Positions 20,816-30,503 of a stretch of 64,000 bases of DNA are shown piece by piece. The notes beneath the pieces are model-generated. The model was not told the DNA's origin. It searched no databases and saw only the letters and a list, made by a program, of their open reading frames with translations. Source of the DNA: an uncultured Halobacteriales archaeon (GTDB lineage Archaea > Halobacteriota > Halobacteria > Halobacteriales > Hikarchaeaceae); the NCBI GenBank assembly GCA_964510865.1, contig CAZEDI010000002.1, positions 8,579 to 72,578 on the forward strand, in the 5' to 3' direction. Position 1 is the stretch's first letter. Each line of letters begins with the position of its first letter. The position numbers and the translations under genes were made by a program.

Positions 20816-21094
20816 TCACTCGACGGTGAACGTCCTGTCAGTCGACTCGCCGTTTTCATCCCACTCGATTTCGAGTTCGATGCTCAGTTCGCCCTGCGTT
20901 TCATTAGCATCGTGTTCCCGTTCGACCTTCACTTCGAAGGTGGGACGAGCTGGTGGGTCGACTGTCACCGATCTGTCCCCCGAGAACGTGATAGGCTCAC
21001 CTGCGTCGAGTCGGTCCGCCACGGTTCGCAAGTATTCTGCTATCGCCTCTCTCGGTTCAGTTCGTTCCTCTTCGAAGAGGACCTCTTCTGGCAT
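20816..21094 (-). CDS. Amphi-Trp-domain-like small acidic protein
   Basis: 92 aa. EAIAEYLRTVADRLDAGEPITF...TFEVKVERE...ELEIEWDE matches my recollection of the amphi-Trp family layout. Confidence 0.55.
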   Translation of the reverse strand: MPEEVLFEEERTEPREAIAEYLRTVADRLDAGEPITFSGDRSVTVDPPARPTFEVKVEREHDANETQGELSIELEIEWDENGESTDRTFTVE

Positions 21095-21176
21095 AGGCGC
21101 ATCGAGGTGTCCTGTATGGATATAGTCCCCGGACCAAGACTCGTCACGAATCGGGCCTATCTACCTGGTGTACGAA

Positions 21177-22385
21177 TCACGTGTCATCCGGGAGGGACTC
21201 GTCGGAAGTTGCGGTCCCGGACTCACCCGTCTCGGGTTCTCCCATCCCGTCGACGGCAGTCCGTGAGTCAGGAGCGGGCCTGCCGTCGGGGGACGCGTCA
21301 GTGAGGTAGCTCGGATCGACCGAGATAGGCTGGATCGGCTCCCCGGCGAGTAATTCGGGGAGGACCAGGCGGACGAAGTGGACGACCAGCACGAGAATCA
21401 TCGGAGCAAGGAAGATACCGTACCATCCGAAGAGGAGCGGCCCGAAGATGTAGGCCAGCATCACCATGCCGACGTGGAGGTTTCGCCCAGAGACGTACGG
21501 TCTGAGGACCAGGTCGGGGATGGTATCAACGATAACGAATGAGACGGTCGCGAATGCGACGGGGAACCAGAAGAGTTCCGGCGACTCGGCGAGGTACACG
21601 CTCGCGAAGAGGTAGATGGCGGCGGGGACGTAGACGAGCTTCATACCCACGATCGGGACGAGACTAGCGATGCCGGCGAGCAACCCCAGAAGCGACGGGT
21701 ACGGAATGCCCGTTCCGGCAGGAGCAATGAGATCGAGGAAATTGTATGCGAGAACGCCGATCACACCCGCCGCGACGGCATTGAGTATGTTGCCGAAGAA
21801 GATTTGGTGGTAGCTCTGATCGACGGCGTCGAGATAGGACTCGAGAACTCCGGCATCATCACTGAAGCGACGAGTCACCCACCGGGAGAGGTGGTGGTCA
21901 TCCCGAAGGAGGTAGAACGCGATCGCGATCATCACGAACACGTGGAGTGCGCCGTTGCCGAGGAAGCCGAGATAGCTCGTCGCGGAGGAGAGTACCTCCT
22001 GGATGGCATCGATCCCCCCATCCTGGGCGAGTTCTTGTGGCGTGAGCGTCAGTGCAGAGACATCGAAGTACGGCCTGACGTAGGCCTCCAGCGCGCCGAC
22101 GTCGTATACGTCCGAGAATCGCTCGAACTCCCGGAGCCCAATCGAGACGGCATAGATGAGCAAGAGGATCGCGGGCAACGCCACGAGAAGCAAGGAGAGG
22201 AGCGCGGCGAGGCTTCGTGGACGCACTCGTCGCTTTAGCCGTGTGTACACTGGACGGGTAGCATAGTACATGAAGACCCCAAAGACGAACGTCCCGATGA
22301 ACGTCCAGACCACGTACGCCAACGAGAGTCCGAGGGCGAGACCGATCGCCCACCAGCCGAGCCGTGATCGGTCCTCGGGAAGCAC
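21177..22385 (-). CDS. AI-2E family (PerM/UPF0118) transporter
   Basis: 402 aa with about 8 TM and an acidic C-terminal tail. The topology and the conserved region IVDTIPDLVLRPYVSG are typical of AI-2E permeases. Confidence 0.8.
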   Translation of the reverse strand: MLPEDRSRLGWWAIGLALGLSLAYVVWTFIGTFVFGVFMYYATRPVYTRLKRRVRPRSLAALLSLLLVALPAILLLIYAVSIGLREFERFSDVYDVGALEAYVRPYFDVSALTLTPQELAQDGGIDAIQEVLSSATSYLGFLGNGALHVFVMIAIAFYLLRDDHHLSRWVTRRFSDDAGVLESYLDAVDQSYHQIFFGNILNAVAAGVIGVLAYNFLDLIAPAGTGIPYPSLLGLLAGIASLVPIVGMKLVYVPAAIYLFASVYLAESPELFWFPVAFATVSFVIVDTIPDLVLRPYVSGRNLHVGMVMLAYIFGPLLFGWYGIFLAPMILVLVVHFVRLVLPELLAGEPIQPISVDPSYLTDASPDGRPAPDSRTAVDGMGEPETGESGTATSDESLPDDT

Positions 22386-22641
22386 GTACGCGGGAGCGCC
22401 GCGAGCCGAGAAAAATGTTCGGGGACTGCACGTACCTGTCAGTAGACACTAGCCGGAATTCACCCATTTCGCAACCCTTTTGACTGACTGATCGGTTAGT
22501 TTTCGACGACGCAATGCCCCATGAGTCGACCGCCTGGCGTCCCTGCAGGGGCACAGTTGCCCAACCCGCAAAGCGGGTGGACCGCTGATGGGTGAATCTT
22601 GGCTCTCCCGGGCGTCTGCTGGTATCCGTCGTCGGATCGGG

Positions 22642-24069
22642 ATGGTGTTCAAAGGCCGCGAGGAGTTCGATCTGACCTCCGGGGGCATCGCGGGTCCGCT
22701 GTTTTACCTCTCGATCCCGATCGTCGTCACGAACCTCCTCCAGACGGCGTACAACCTGGTCGACACGATCTGGCTCGGCCACTATAGCACCGAGGCGCTT
22801 GCGGCCATCAGCGTCGCGTTCCCCATCGTATTCTTTCTCATCTCTCTCGGCCTCGGTATCTCGATCGCGGGGAGCATCCTGGTTGCCCAGAATGTAGGAG
22901 CCGGGAAGGAGGCCCAAGCGGAGTTCGCAGCATCCCAGACAGTCACGTTCGCGATCATCGCTGCCGTTATTCTCGGTGCTGTCGGGTTCGTCGCTGTCGA
23001 GGACCTCCTCGTACTCGTCGGCACATCATCGGATGTGCTTCCCGGAGCGAGCTCCTATCTCAAAATCATCTCGCTGGGGATGGTCTTCATGTTCGCCTTT
23101 TTCGTGTTCATGTCGCTCATGCGCGGCTACGGGGATACGATCACGCCCATGCTGGTCATGTTCGTGACTGTCGTGATCAATATGGTGCTCGATCCGTTCC
23201 TCATCTTTGGCTGGGGTCCGTTTCCCCAACTCGGCGTCGAGGGAGCCGCGTACGCGACCGTCTTCTCTCGGGCAATCGCGACGGTCATCGGTATGGCTAT
23301 CATGTTCCAGGGGACCCGAGGTGTCCAGATTCACCTCGATCAGATGGTTCCGAACTTCTCTTACCTCCGGAAAATCCTCCGGGTCGGGATCCCTGCCTCG
23401 ATCGAGAACACGGGGAACTCGATCGCCGTGGTTCTCATGCTCGTCATCGTCAACATGTTTCCCGATGTCGTCGTCGCTGCGTATGGGGTCGGCGTGAGGA
23501 TGTTCTCGGTGATTTTCCTCCCAGCGATTGCTGTTGGCCGAGGGGTAGAGACGATGGCAGGACAGAATATCGGCGCCAACGAGGACGACCGTGCGGCCGC
23601 AGCAACCGGATTTGCCGCAAAGGTCATGTTTGGGGTTCTCGCAGGCGTCGGCGTTCTCACCTGGCTCGGGGCGGGGAATGTCGTTGCTATTTTCTCCAAT
23701 GACCCGCAGGTCATCGAGGTCGGCAGGCTCTTCCTCCGCTACGTGGCGCCAACGTTCGGCTTCACAGGCATCTTCCACTCGTATAAGGGCGGGTTCCGTG
23801 GGGCGGGTAAAACCTTGACAGCCGCCGCCATCTCGATAACGATGCTCGGGACGATCCGCCTGCCAGTCGCCTGGTTCGCGTCCGGACCAATGGGGTATGA
23901 GGGTATCTGGGTCTCGTTCGCCGTCTCGAATATCGCCGGGGCGACGATCGCGTACGCCTGGTATCGGCGGGGAACCTGGCGCGGCGCGGACCTCACCGAC
24001 GATGTCGTCCCCGGGGAACCTGGCTCACCCGATGCCGGGACGGAACCTGAACCGTCCGTGGATGATTAA
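22642..24069 (+). CDS. MATE family efflux transporter
   Basis: 12-TM protein with the N-terminal motif GIAGPLFYLSIPIVVTNLLQTAYNLVDTIWLG typical of MATE/NorM. Start set at ATG 22642. Confidence 0.85.
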   Translation: MVFKGREEFDLTSGGIAGPLFYLSIPIVVTNLLQTAYNLVDTIWLGHYSTEALAAISVAFPIVFFLISLGLGISIAGSILVAQNVGAGKEAQAEFAASQTVTFAIIAAVILGAVGFVAVEDLLVLVGTSSDVLPGASSYLKIISLGMVFMFAFFVFMSLMRGYGDTITPMLVMFVTVVINMVLDPFLIFGWGPFPQLGVEGAAYATVFSRAIATVIGMAIMFQGTRGVQIHLDQMVPNFSYLRKILRVGIPASIENTGNSIAVVLMLVIVNMFPDVVVAAYGVGVRMFSVIFLPAIAVGRGVETMAGQNIGANEDDRAAAATGFAAKVMFGVLAGVGVLTWLGAGNVVAIFSNDPQVIEVGRLFLRYVAPTFGFTGIFHSYKGGFRGAGKTLTAAAISITMLGTIRLPVAWFASGPMGYEGIWVSFAVSNIAGATIAYAWYRRGTWRGADLTDDVVPGEPGSPDAGTEPEPSVDD

Positions 24070-24632
24070 GATGTCTCGGATTCCTGCAACGGCGCATCGG
24101 TAGCTATCGTCAGTGTTCTTCCCAGAATCGAGACATGCCACACACGTGCACGACTAGCGTGTCATCTTACTATTGACGAATGGGCAAAAATATAGATGAC
24201 ATTGCGTGGATACTCTGAAAATTCACTTATACCCGAATACATAGGTTACAATAGGGGAATTTTACGAACGAACGTCCAAAGATTTATAACGGAATATGAC
24301 CTGTCTTCGATTCAAGACCATGGTCCAGTCCATTCCCGTTCTTCGAGCAATCCGGCAACTCCTCCATCGTAAAGCCGGAAGAGGCCCGACCTCGCGTCCA
24401 CGGTCGACGTATGTGTGCGCCACGTGCGATCGGATAGTTGAGCGAGATCATCTACACTGTCCGGCGTATGGCGGTTCGACGCTCATCGAACACGGCTCGG
24501 GGAGGTGCCGGTCCTAACACCGATGGTACATCGTGATGGTGTCCTGGCTGGGTGTCGTTCCACGCATCCGTCCACTACTCACGCGTTCTATGGACAGTTG
24601 AGCCGCTACAACGAGAGTCGGGGAGACACGCA

Positions 24633-25493
24633 ATGACCGGTGATCTCGACGAGGGGAGGATCGAGGGACTCGATCTCTCGATGGAGGAGGCAGATGTCCA
24701 ACGGATGATCGAGACGTTTGTACGGGATCGCGTAGATGGGGCGGGTGCCGACGGTGTTATCGTCGCCCTGAGTGGCGGACTCGACTCCACGGTTACCGCG
24801 ACACTCGCCGTCGAAGCGCTCGGCACGTCGCGGGTGTATGGACTCATCCTTCCCTGTAACCTCGGTGCCGAGGCTGCCACGCACGATGCCCGAACGATCG
24901 CTGACGGTCTTGGCATCGACCATACGACTGTCCACCTCCAGCCCCTCCTCGACAGGTTTGTTGATCAGGTCACCCCCGCGCTCCAAACCAGGGACGAGGC
25001 TGTCGCGCTCGGGAACGTGATCGCTCGTTTCCGGATGGTGTGTGCCTACTTCATGGCAAACACTACGTCTCGTATCGTCCTCGGGACGACGAACAAGACG
25101 GAGCTACTTCTAGGTCATTTTACGAAGCACGGCGATGGGGGTGCCGACGCCTTTCCTATTGGCGATCTCTATAAAACACAGGTCCGAGATCTCGCACGTC
25201 ATCTCGCTGTGCCCGAGTTCGTGATCGAACAGCCCCCGACTGCGGGACTATGGGCTGGACAAACAGACGAGGCAGAACTCGGGGCCCCGTACGACACTAT
25301 TGATCGGATTCTTGGGCCCTATGTGGAGGACGGTCTCGACGTCGATCACCTCGAATCGACACTTGAGGTCGACTCGGAGGTTGTCTCGGGAGTCGTCGCC
25401 CGGTATGAGGCATCGCATCACAAGCGAGAGGGGATCGCCACACCGGGACTGAACCCATCTTCCCCCGATCATCCCGACACGACCCGCACATAA
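24633..25493 (+). CDS. nadE: Ammonia-dependent NAD+ synthetase
   Basis: PP-loop VALSGGLDSTV, GTTNKTELLLGHFTKHGDGGAD and PIGDLYKTQV. Start set at ATG 24633. Confidence 0.85.
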   Translation: MTGDLDEGRIEGLDLSMEEADVQRMIETFVRDRVDGAGADGVIVALSGGLDSTVTATLAVEALGTSRVYGLILPCNLGAEAATHDARTIADGLGIDHTTVHLQPLLDRFVDQVTPALQTRDEAVALGNVIARFRMVCAYFMANTTSRIVLGTTNKTELLLGHFTKHGDGGADAFPIGDLYKTQVRDLARHLAVPEFVIEQPPTAGLWAGQTDEAELGAPYDTIDRILGPYVEDGLDVDHLESTLEVDSEVVSGVVARYEASHHKREGIATPGLNPSSPDHPDTTRT

Positions 25494-25517
25494 TGCGAGG
25501 CGTCACCGAGTATCCGC

Positions 25518-26804
25518 TCACACGTCGATGACGATCGTAGATTCGTCGCCATCGAGGGTGACCGTGGTCGCAACCGGTTCGTCTTCGGTTTTGGCTCTGA
25601 CGTCGTACGTCCCTTTGAAGCCACGGACTGTCAGGTTGCCGTTTGCATCGGTTCTGCCCGATGTCTCCGTCCACCACTCGTCATAGACGAGGTCGACGTA
25701 GGCCTTTCCTGCGGGCGTGAGCTCGAAGTCCTCGGAGACGAAGGCTCCATCTGGCCGCCACATCCGTCCTTCCCAGAATCCCCACGTGATGAAGGCCGTG
25801 ATCGCCGGGTGACTGACAACTGCGGTGAGAAAGTCCCTGGTGTAGTCCGCTTGCACCGAGCGCCACTCGTCGTCATCGACGTCGGGAAGCTGACCGTCCA
25901 CGTTTTCGGCAAACCAGCCTGCGGCCACATCGAACTCGGTTATCTGGAGGGCGACGTCATACTTGGCATAACGATCGAACCACGCAACGACTTCGGGGGG
26001 AGGAACGAGTGTCTCGGGCGTGAAGTGGCCCATGAAGCCGGCCCCGTCGACTGGAGCGTCGTGCTCGATGAGATACGTGAGCATTTCATAGTACGCCTCG
26101 TCATTCGCTCGAGCAACGTCTTGATCCCGGATTGCCTCTTCGTTGATGAATACGTCCGTCTCGGGGTCAGCCTCTCTCGCTGCATCGAGCCAATCGATCC
26201 AGTCCGATCGATCCGCGTTGAGTCGATCCTCCCAGATATCGTTAAGCCAGACAGGGTGATTGATCACGTCCCACTCGTCCACACGTCCGGCAAGCGTTCC
26301 AACTTCGTCTCGGACGTGCTCGCGTAATCGCTCCCGAATCGCCGTCGGGTCTGTCATCTCCTCGACGTCCGGGAGTGCCCGTCCCTCCTCGTTCCAGAGG
26401 GTAGTGTGGCCGTGGACCGGATATCCACGCTCGTTGAGCCAGTCGACCGCTTCGATCCCGATTTCCTGCATATCCTCGTCCGGGTCGCCCCACTGCCACG
26501 GATAGAAGCCGTAGTTGATCGTGGCGCGGTTGAATAATCTCTCGAACGCCTCGCGGAATTGTTCGGCGGTCTCGCTCCCATACTCGTCGTCCTCGTCTAA
26601 AAGCAGGCCGGCGTCCGCCATCGAGCCGAAGCCAAAGGCGTGCTCGCGTTGCTCGATCGTCACCTCTACATCTTCTATGGGGGTTCCATCGTCCAGAACC
26701 CTGACCGTGAGGTCGGTCTTTCGATGTTCGTCGATACGGTCCGCTGCGGCTACTCGCCACTCCGCGTCCTGTTCTCGCCCCTCGTACCAGCCATTTTCAG
26801 TCAT
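25518..26804 (-). CDS. GH10-like (clan GH-A) glycoside hydrolase, no signal peptide
   Basis: The order of motifs matches GH10: HGHTTLW, EWDVINH (in place of WDVVNE), VFINEEA, VDGAGFMGH, LQITEFDV (nucleophile region). Confidence 0.7.
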   Translation of the reverse strand: MTENGWYEGREQDAEWRVAAADRIDEHRKTDLTVRVLDDGTPIEDVEVTIEQREHAFGFGSMADAGLLLDEDDEYGSETAEQFREAFERLFNRATINYGFYPWQWGDPDEDMQEIGIEAVDWLNERGYPVHGHTTLWNEEGRALPDVEEMTDPTAIRERLREHVRDEVGTLAGRVDEWDVINHPVWLNDIWEDRLNADRSDWIDWLDAAREADPETDVFINEEAIRDQDVARANDEAYYEMLTYLIEHDAPVDGAGFMGHFTPETLVPPPEVVAWFDRYAKYDVALQITEFDVAAGWFAENVDGQLPDVDDDEWRSVQADYTRDFLTAVVSHPAITAFITWGFWEGRMWRPDGAFVSEDFELTPAGKAYVDLVYDEWWTETSGRTDANGNLTVRGFKGTYDVRAKTEDEPVATTVTLDGDESTIVIDV

Positions 26805-27240
26805 GCCCGACCACTACACAAGGAGTCACTTGGCTCTTCGTGTGGGAGCAATCGAGCATGCTAGCTCGACAATGTAGAACGGGCAGCCCCTCCGAGTATG
26901 AGCACGCTAGACGGCACCCGGAGGGTGGTGTGGCATGTCAACTGGATCACCCCCCGCGGCCAGATGAAACACAGGAATTATAGGGTAAAGTCTTTCTGAA
27001 GGGGGCTACGATCGCCTCTTTCAGCCTGCATCGCAATGGAACGTCTTCAAGGCTTCAGCGGAATTACCGTACGAAGTAAGAGAGATCGAGCCGGACTCCA
27101 CGACGCCAGCTACCCCGGCGTGATCGGTTTCGATCCAAATCGTCCAAAAATCTTCAAGTAGGGATGGGCCGACACGGGTTTGAACCAAGTCGGTGGTTCC
27201 GGGTCCGGTTTGGGGGTTCTCGAACTGTTCGACTCTCCGG

Positions 27241-28317
27241 TTACAGGATGTCGTGATCATTGGATGGATCCTCCAAGTCCAGGTAGTCCAGGTAGTGTTG
27301 ACGGCGCTGTAGCATGCGCTCGACAGGGCCTTCCTGGTCGTAATGACGCTCGATGACGTCCGGGGTCGCGTTCACTCGCTCGGCAACGATTTCGACCGGG
27401 ATGCCCTTGTTCAGCTGCCAGGTGATCGATCCCGACCGCACCTGGTGGGGCGACCGGGACGATGGGCACTTGCTGGCGTGAGAGTACTCGGTCCACTCGC
27501 AGGTGGGCCGTTCCTTCCCGTGGGGGCAGTCCTCGCGGATACACGGCACCGTTGCCATGTACATCCAGTCGCGGATGGTACCGGTGCTGGGCCGTCCCTG
27601 TTGGGACGTGATCAGGGGCTGTCGTCCGTGATCGTCACGAACGTCGGTACGATGATGCTCGATGTACCGATCGAGCGCGTCGACGTTCTCTTCAGTAAGT
27701 CCGACTGCCCGTTCGCCACGATACTTGTTTTTCAGCGGCGTCCCCGTGTCGGGTCGATGCTGGAAATGGACGAAGCCGATGTCTAGGTCGACGTCACGCA
27801 GATCCAGCGCTCGCAGCCCGCCCATCCGAGCTCCGGTGAACCACGCCATCTCGAGCAGGACCTGTGATCGTTTCCCGAACCACTCGGGATCCTCTCGCAT
27901 GTAGCGAACCTGTGGGACGCCATTCTCTTGCTTGAGCTGCGTCTCATCGACCCAGTCCTCCGCGTCGAGTTCGGGGATCCGAACTGACTCGGCGAGATCG
28001 TCTTCGACGGCGCCGAGTTGCTCCATGTACTCACAGAACTTCCGGAGCGTCCACATCTCGCCCTCCAACGTGGCAGGCTCGATGTCAGCCGCGCGATACT
28101 CGTTGAACTCCACGAGGTCGTATCCTCGGAGATCGCCAGTTACCTCGACTCCGACAGTCTGGCACCACTCGATGAACAGCTTCAGCCGGTAGCGCCAGGT
28201 CTGGATGCTCGAGTCCGAAGCGTCGGCCCGCCTTGCCCGAAGGTAGCGCTCGACGGCGTTGCCGATCGGCAGGTCCCTCGGGTCGTCTGGTCGGTCAGCA
28301 CGCCCTGCCATACTCAC
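27241..28317 (-). CDS. Tyrosine recombinase / phage-type integrase
   Basis: N-terminal SAM-like domain, then the catalytic region with R (GARMGGLRAL), HQVRSGSIT, and ERVNATPDVIERHYD (H-Y). Start is GTG 28317 (GTGA overlap with the upstream stop) or ATG 28311. Confidence 0.9.
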   Translation of the reverse strand: MSMAGRADRPDDPRDLPIGNAVERYLRARRADASDSSIQTWRYRLKLFIEWCQTVGVEVTGDLRGYDLVEFNEYRAADIEPATLEGEMWTLRKFCEYMEQLGAVEDDLAESVRIPELDAEDWVDETQLKQENGVPQVRYMREDPEWFGKRSQVLLEMAWFTGARMGGLRALDLRDVDLDIGFVHFQHRPDTGTPLKNKYRGERAVGLTEENVDALDRYIEHHRTDVRDDHGRQPLITSQQGRPSTGTIRDWMYMATVPCIREDCPHGKERPTCEWTEYSHASKCPSSRSPHQVRSGSITWQLNKGIPVEIVAERVNATPDVIERHYDQEGPVERMLQRRQHYLDYLDLEDPSNDHDIL

Positions 28318-30503
28318 CGGGAACCCTCCGTTCCGCCGTTCGCCAACTTCGCGAGCAGGCGCTCATACGTTTCCTCGACGGTCGCCTCGTCGACGTCGTA
28401 GCCATCGAGTTCGTCGGCGACCAGCTGTCGCGTCGCTGGCTTGATGCTGCCGTCGTTGTTCTTCTGGACGAACCCGGTCTCGACGAGCCCCTTCATCGCG
28501 CTGTAGTGCGTGCTGTTCGGGTTGCCGTCGAGGCCGAGCGCCGACTGCGCCCATTCCTTTTGGCTACTGAGCGTCCGCCCGCGGGACTCGATGTACTTGA
28601 GCAGTTGGAGCTGCCGATCGGAAAGCTGCTCGAAGCGATCGACGACGCGTTCAACAGCTTCCTCCTGGAACTCCTCCAGGATTGCGGCCTGGGGATCAGC
28701 TGACACGTCCGCGTCCCGGTCTCCACTGGAATCGGAGCGGGCCGCCCCCGCATCGGCACGCAACTGCTCGTTCGCCTGGCGAAGCTCCGACACCGTCGCC
28801 TGGAGCTCCGCCACACGCTCGTCCACCACGGCCTCGCTGGGGCCGCCCTCGGGTGCGCTGAGCGGCGCCGCCTCGTACCACGACTGGATGGCCTCGTACT
28901 CTTCCTCGATTTTCTCTGCCTCTTCGACGCGCTCCCTGTAGCCCTGGAGGCGTTCGAGTTCCTGTTCGCTGTCGTCGAGGTCGGCCTCCAGGTCGGTGAC
29001 GCGGGCCTCCTCGGTCTGCAGCTGGTGTTCGAGTTCGCTGATGCGCTCGTTCTTCTGCTCCAGGCGGGCCTGCATCTCCGCGGAGATGTCCTCCTGACCG
29101 CCGCCCTGCAGGCGCTCGGTCAGGAGATCGAGCGTCTCGTCGGCCGTCCGCAGGCGTTCGAGTTCAGCCTCTAACTCCGCGATCTCGGTGTCCTTCTCGT
29201 CGAGTCTCTCCTCGAGGCGCTCGATCTCGCCCCGGCGCTGGGCCTCGCGATCGGAGATCTCCGAAAGCTCCTCGACGAGGTCCTCCCCCACGGACTTGAG
29301 ATCGGGCCGCTCGACGTCCTCCAGGCCGGGAGTAGCGCCGGCGTCGAAGGTCCGCTTGCGATCGAACTGGACGCGCTCGATACCGGCCTCGCTCCAGTCA
29401 CGTGTAAGGAACGCCTCGCCGTCGGCGAGGTCCTGGACGGGATCCTGATACTCCGAACCGAGGATCCGACCCACGACCTTCGTGTCGTTCTCCCAGGTGA
29501 GGCGGTGCCAGACCAGCCAGTTAGCTTGCGTGAGGAAGTCCTTCTTGACGTCCGCGGGGCGCTGGCTCAGCCCGACGATGCCGAGGCCGCGCTTGCGGCC
29601 ACGCTTGCCGATCTGGACGAGTTGCTGGCCGACGTCGTCGAGGCCGCCGCCCTCGGGGACGAACTCGTGAATCTCCTCGACAACCAGGAGGAACGGCTGT
29701 TTCAACTCCTTCTCGCGAACGAACAACGCCTGGGCGGTCGCGCGAACGAGTTCCCGTGCCTCCGTGGCCTGTTCGCCCGGGCCGCCTTCGTCGAGATAGC
29801 CCGAAACGTCGAGGATGATCGGGACGTGTTGCTCCAACGCGAGGGCGGCCAACTTCTCGGCGTGCACGGGGCCGACCTGGACGTCACACTCCGGGTCGGC
29901 GCCGGCGTGCAGGAGCTCGTATTGCTCCTTGAGCCCGTAGTACTCGCCCTCGACGTCGACGACGAGCACGCCGTAACCCGCCGCGAGGAGCTTCTCGACG
30001 ACGACGCTCGCCGTGTTCGACTTCCCGCTTCCACTCTTGCCCAGGATGGCGCCCCGGCCCGTCAGGAGGTCCTCGATCGGCAGCGAGACGGGCTTGCCCT
30101 GGGCCGTCGTCCCGACGGTGATCGCAGTGGTGACCGTCTCGCCACCATCGGTGCGGATATCGGGCGCCTCGGCCTCGGGACAGCATGCCGAGCACGGCCC
30201 GAAGTGCCCACGGAAAACCGACAGCGGCTTCTCGGTCGTTGACCGAGCCCGCGCGAGACGGGGACTGTCCGAGTCGCGGTGATACGTCTTCGAGCCGTAG
30301 GTCCCGGCGGCCCTGGAGACGATGACCATGTCCTCGCCCCCGTCGGTGGCGAGTCGCTGGTCGTGGACCGCCTCCTCGCCGACGAGTTCGGTGTCGGGTG
30401 GTTCGTCGCAGTCGTGAGCGACGAGCCGAGTGATGCTGTCGACGTAGGTATCACAGATTGCGCAGTGGTGCAGGCCACGAACCCGACGGGGTGGTTCAGA
30501 CAC
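28314..30503 (-). CDS. HerA/FtsK-superfamily (DUF87-like) ATPase with N-terminal Cys/His cluster, coiled coil and C-terminal wHTH
   Basis: Walker A GKSGSGKSNT, Walker B FLLVVEEIHEFVP, and LSQRPADV. A long E/L/R-rich heptad region follows, then C-terminal LQLLKYIESRGRTLSSQKEWA. Start set at GTG 30503, which overlaps the upstream stop. The ORF-track N-terminal 82 aa overlap the upstream gene. Confidence 0.8.
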   Translation of the reverse strand: MSEPPRRVRGLHHCAICDTYVDSITRLVAHDCDEPPDTELVGEEAVHDQRLATDGGEDMVIVSRAAGTYGSKTYHRDSDSPRLARARSTTEKPLSVFRGHFGPCSACCPEAEAPDIRTDGGETVTTAITVGTTAQGKPVSLPIEDLLTGRGAILGKSGSGKSNTASVVVEKLLAAGYGVLVVDVEGEYYGLKEQYELLHAGADPECDVQVGPVHAEKLAALALEQHVPIILDVSGYLDEGGPGEQATEARELVRATAQALFVREKELKQPFLLVVEEIHEFVPEGGGLDDVGQQLVQIGKRGRKRGLGIVGLSQRPADVKKDFLTQANWLVWHRLTWENDTKVVGRILGSEYQDPVQDLADGEAFLTRDWSEAGIERVQFDRKRTFDAGATPGLEDVERPDLKSVGEDLVEELSEISDREAQRRGEIERLEERLDEKDTEIAELEAELERLRTADETLDLLTERLQGGGQEDISAEMQARLEQKNERISELEHQLQTEEARVTDLEADLDDSEQELERLQGYRERVEEAEKIEEEYEAIQSWYEAAPLSAPEGGPSEAVVDERVAELQATVSELRQANEQLRADAGAARSDSSGDRDADVSADPQAAILEEFQEEAVERVVDRFEQLSDRQLQLLKYIESRGRTLSSQKEWAQSALGLDGNPNSTHYSAMKGLVETGFVQKNNDGSIKPATRQLVADELDGYDVDEATVEETYERLLAKLANGGTEGSR

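Noticed and set aside
24296-24517. 73-aa ORF upstream of nadE with a partial zinc-ribbon pattern (CATC...HCPAYGG)
   Set aside because: It is basic and Arg-rich, the second Cys pair is incomplete, and it lies in the nadE promoter/leader region. Evidence is too weak for a gene call; it could be a decayed small zinc-finger gene.
27021-27260. 79-aa ORF overlapping the 3' end of the integrase gene
   Set aside because: It has no motif, overlaps the integrase stop region and spans the putative att/tRNA-like fragment. It is more likely non-coding border sequence.
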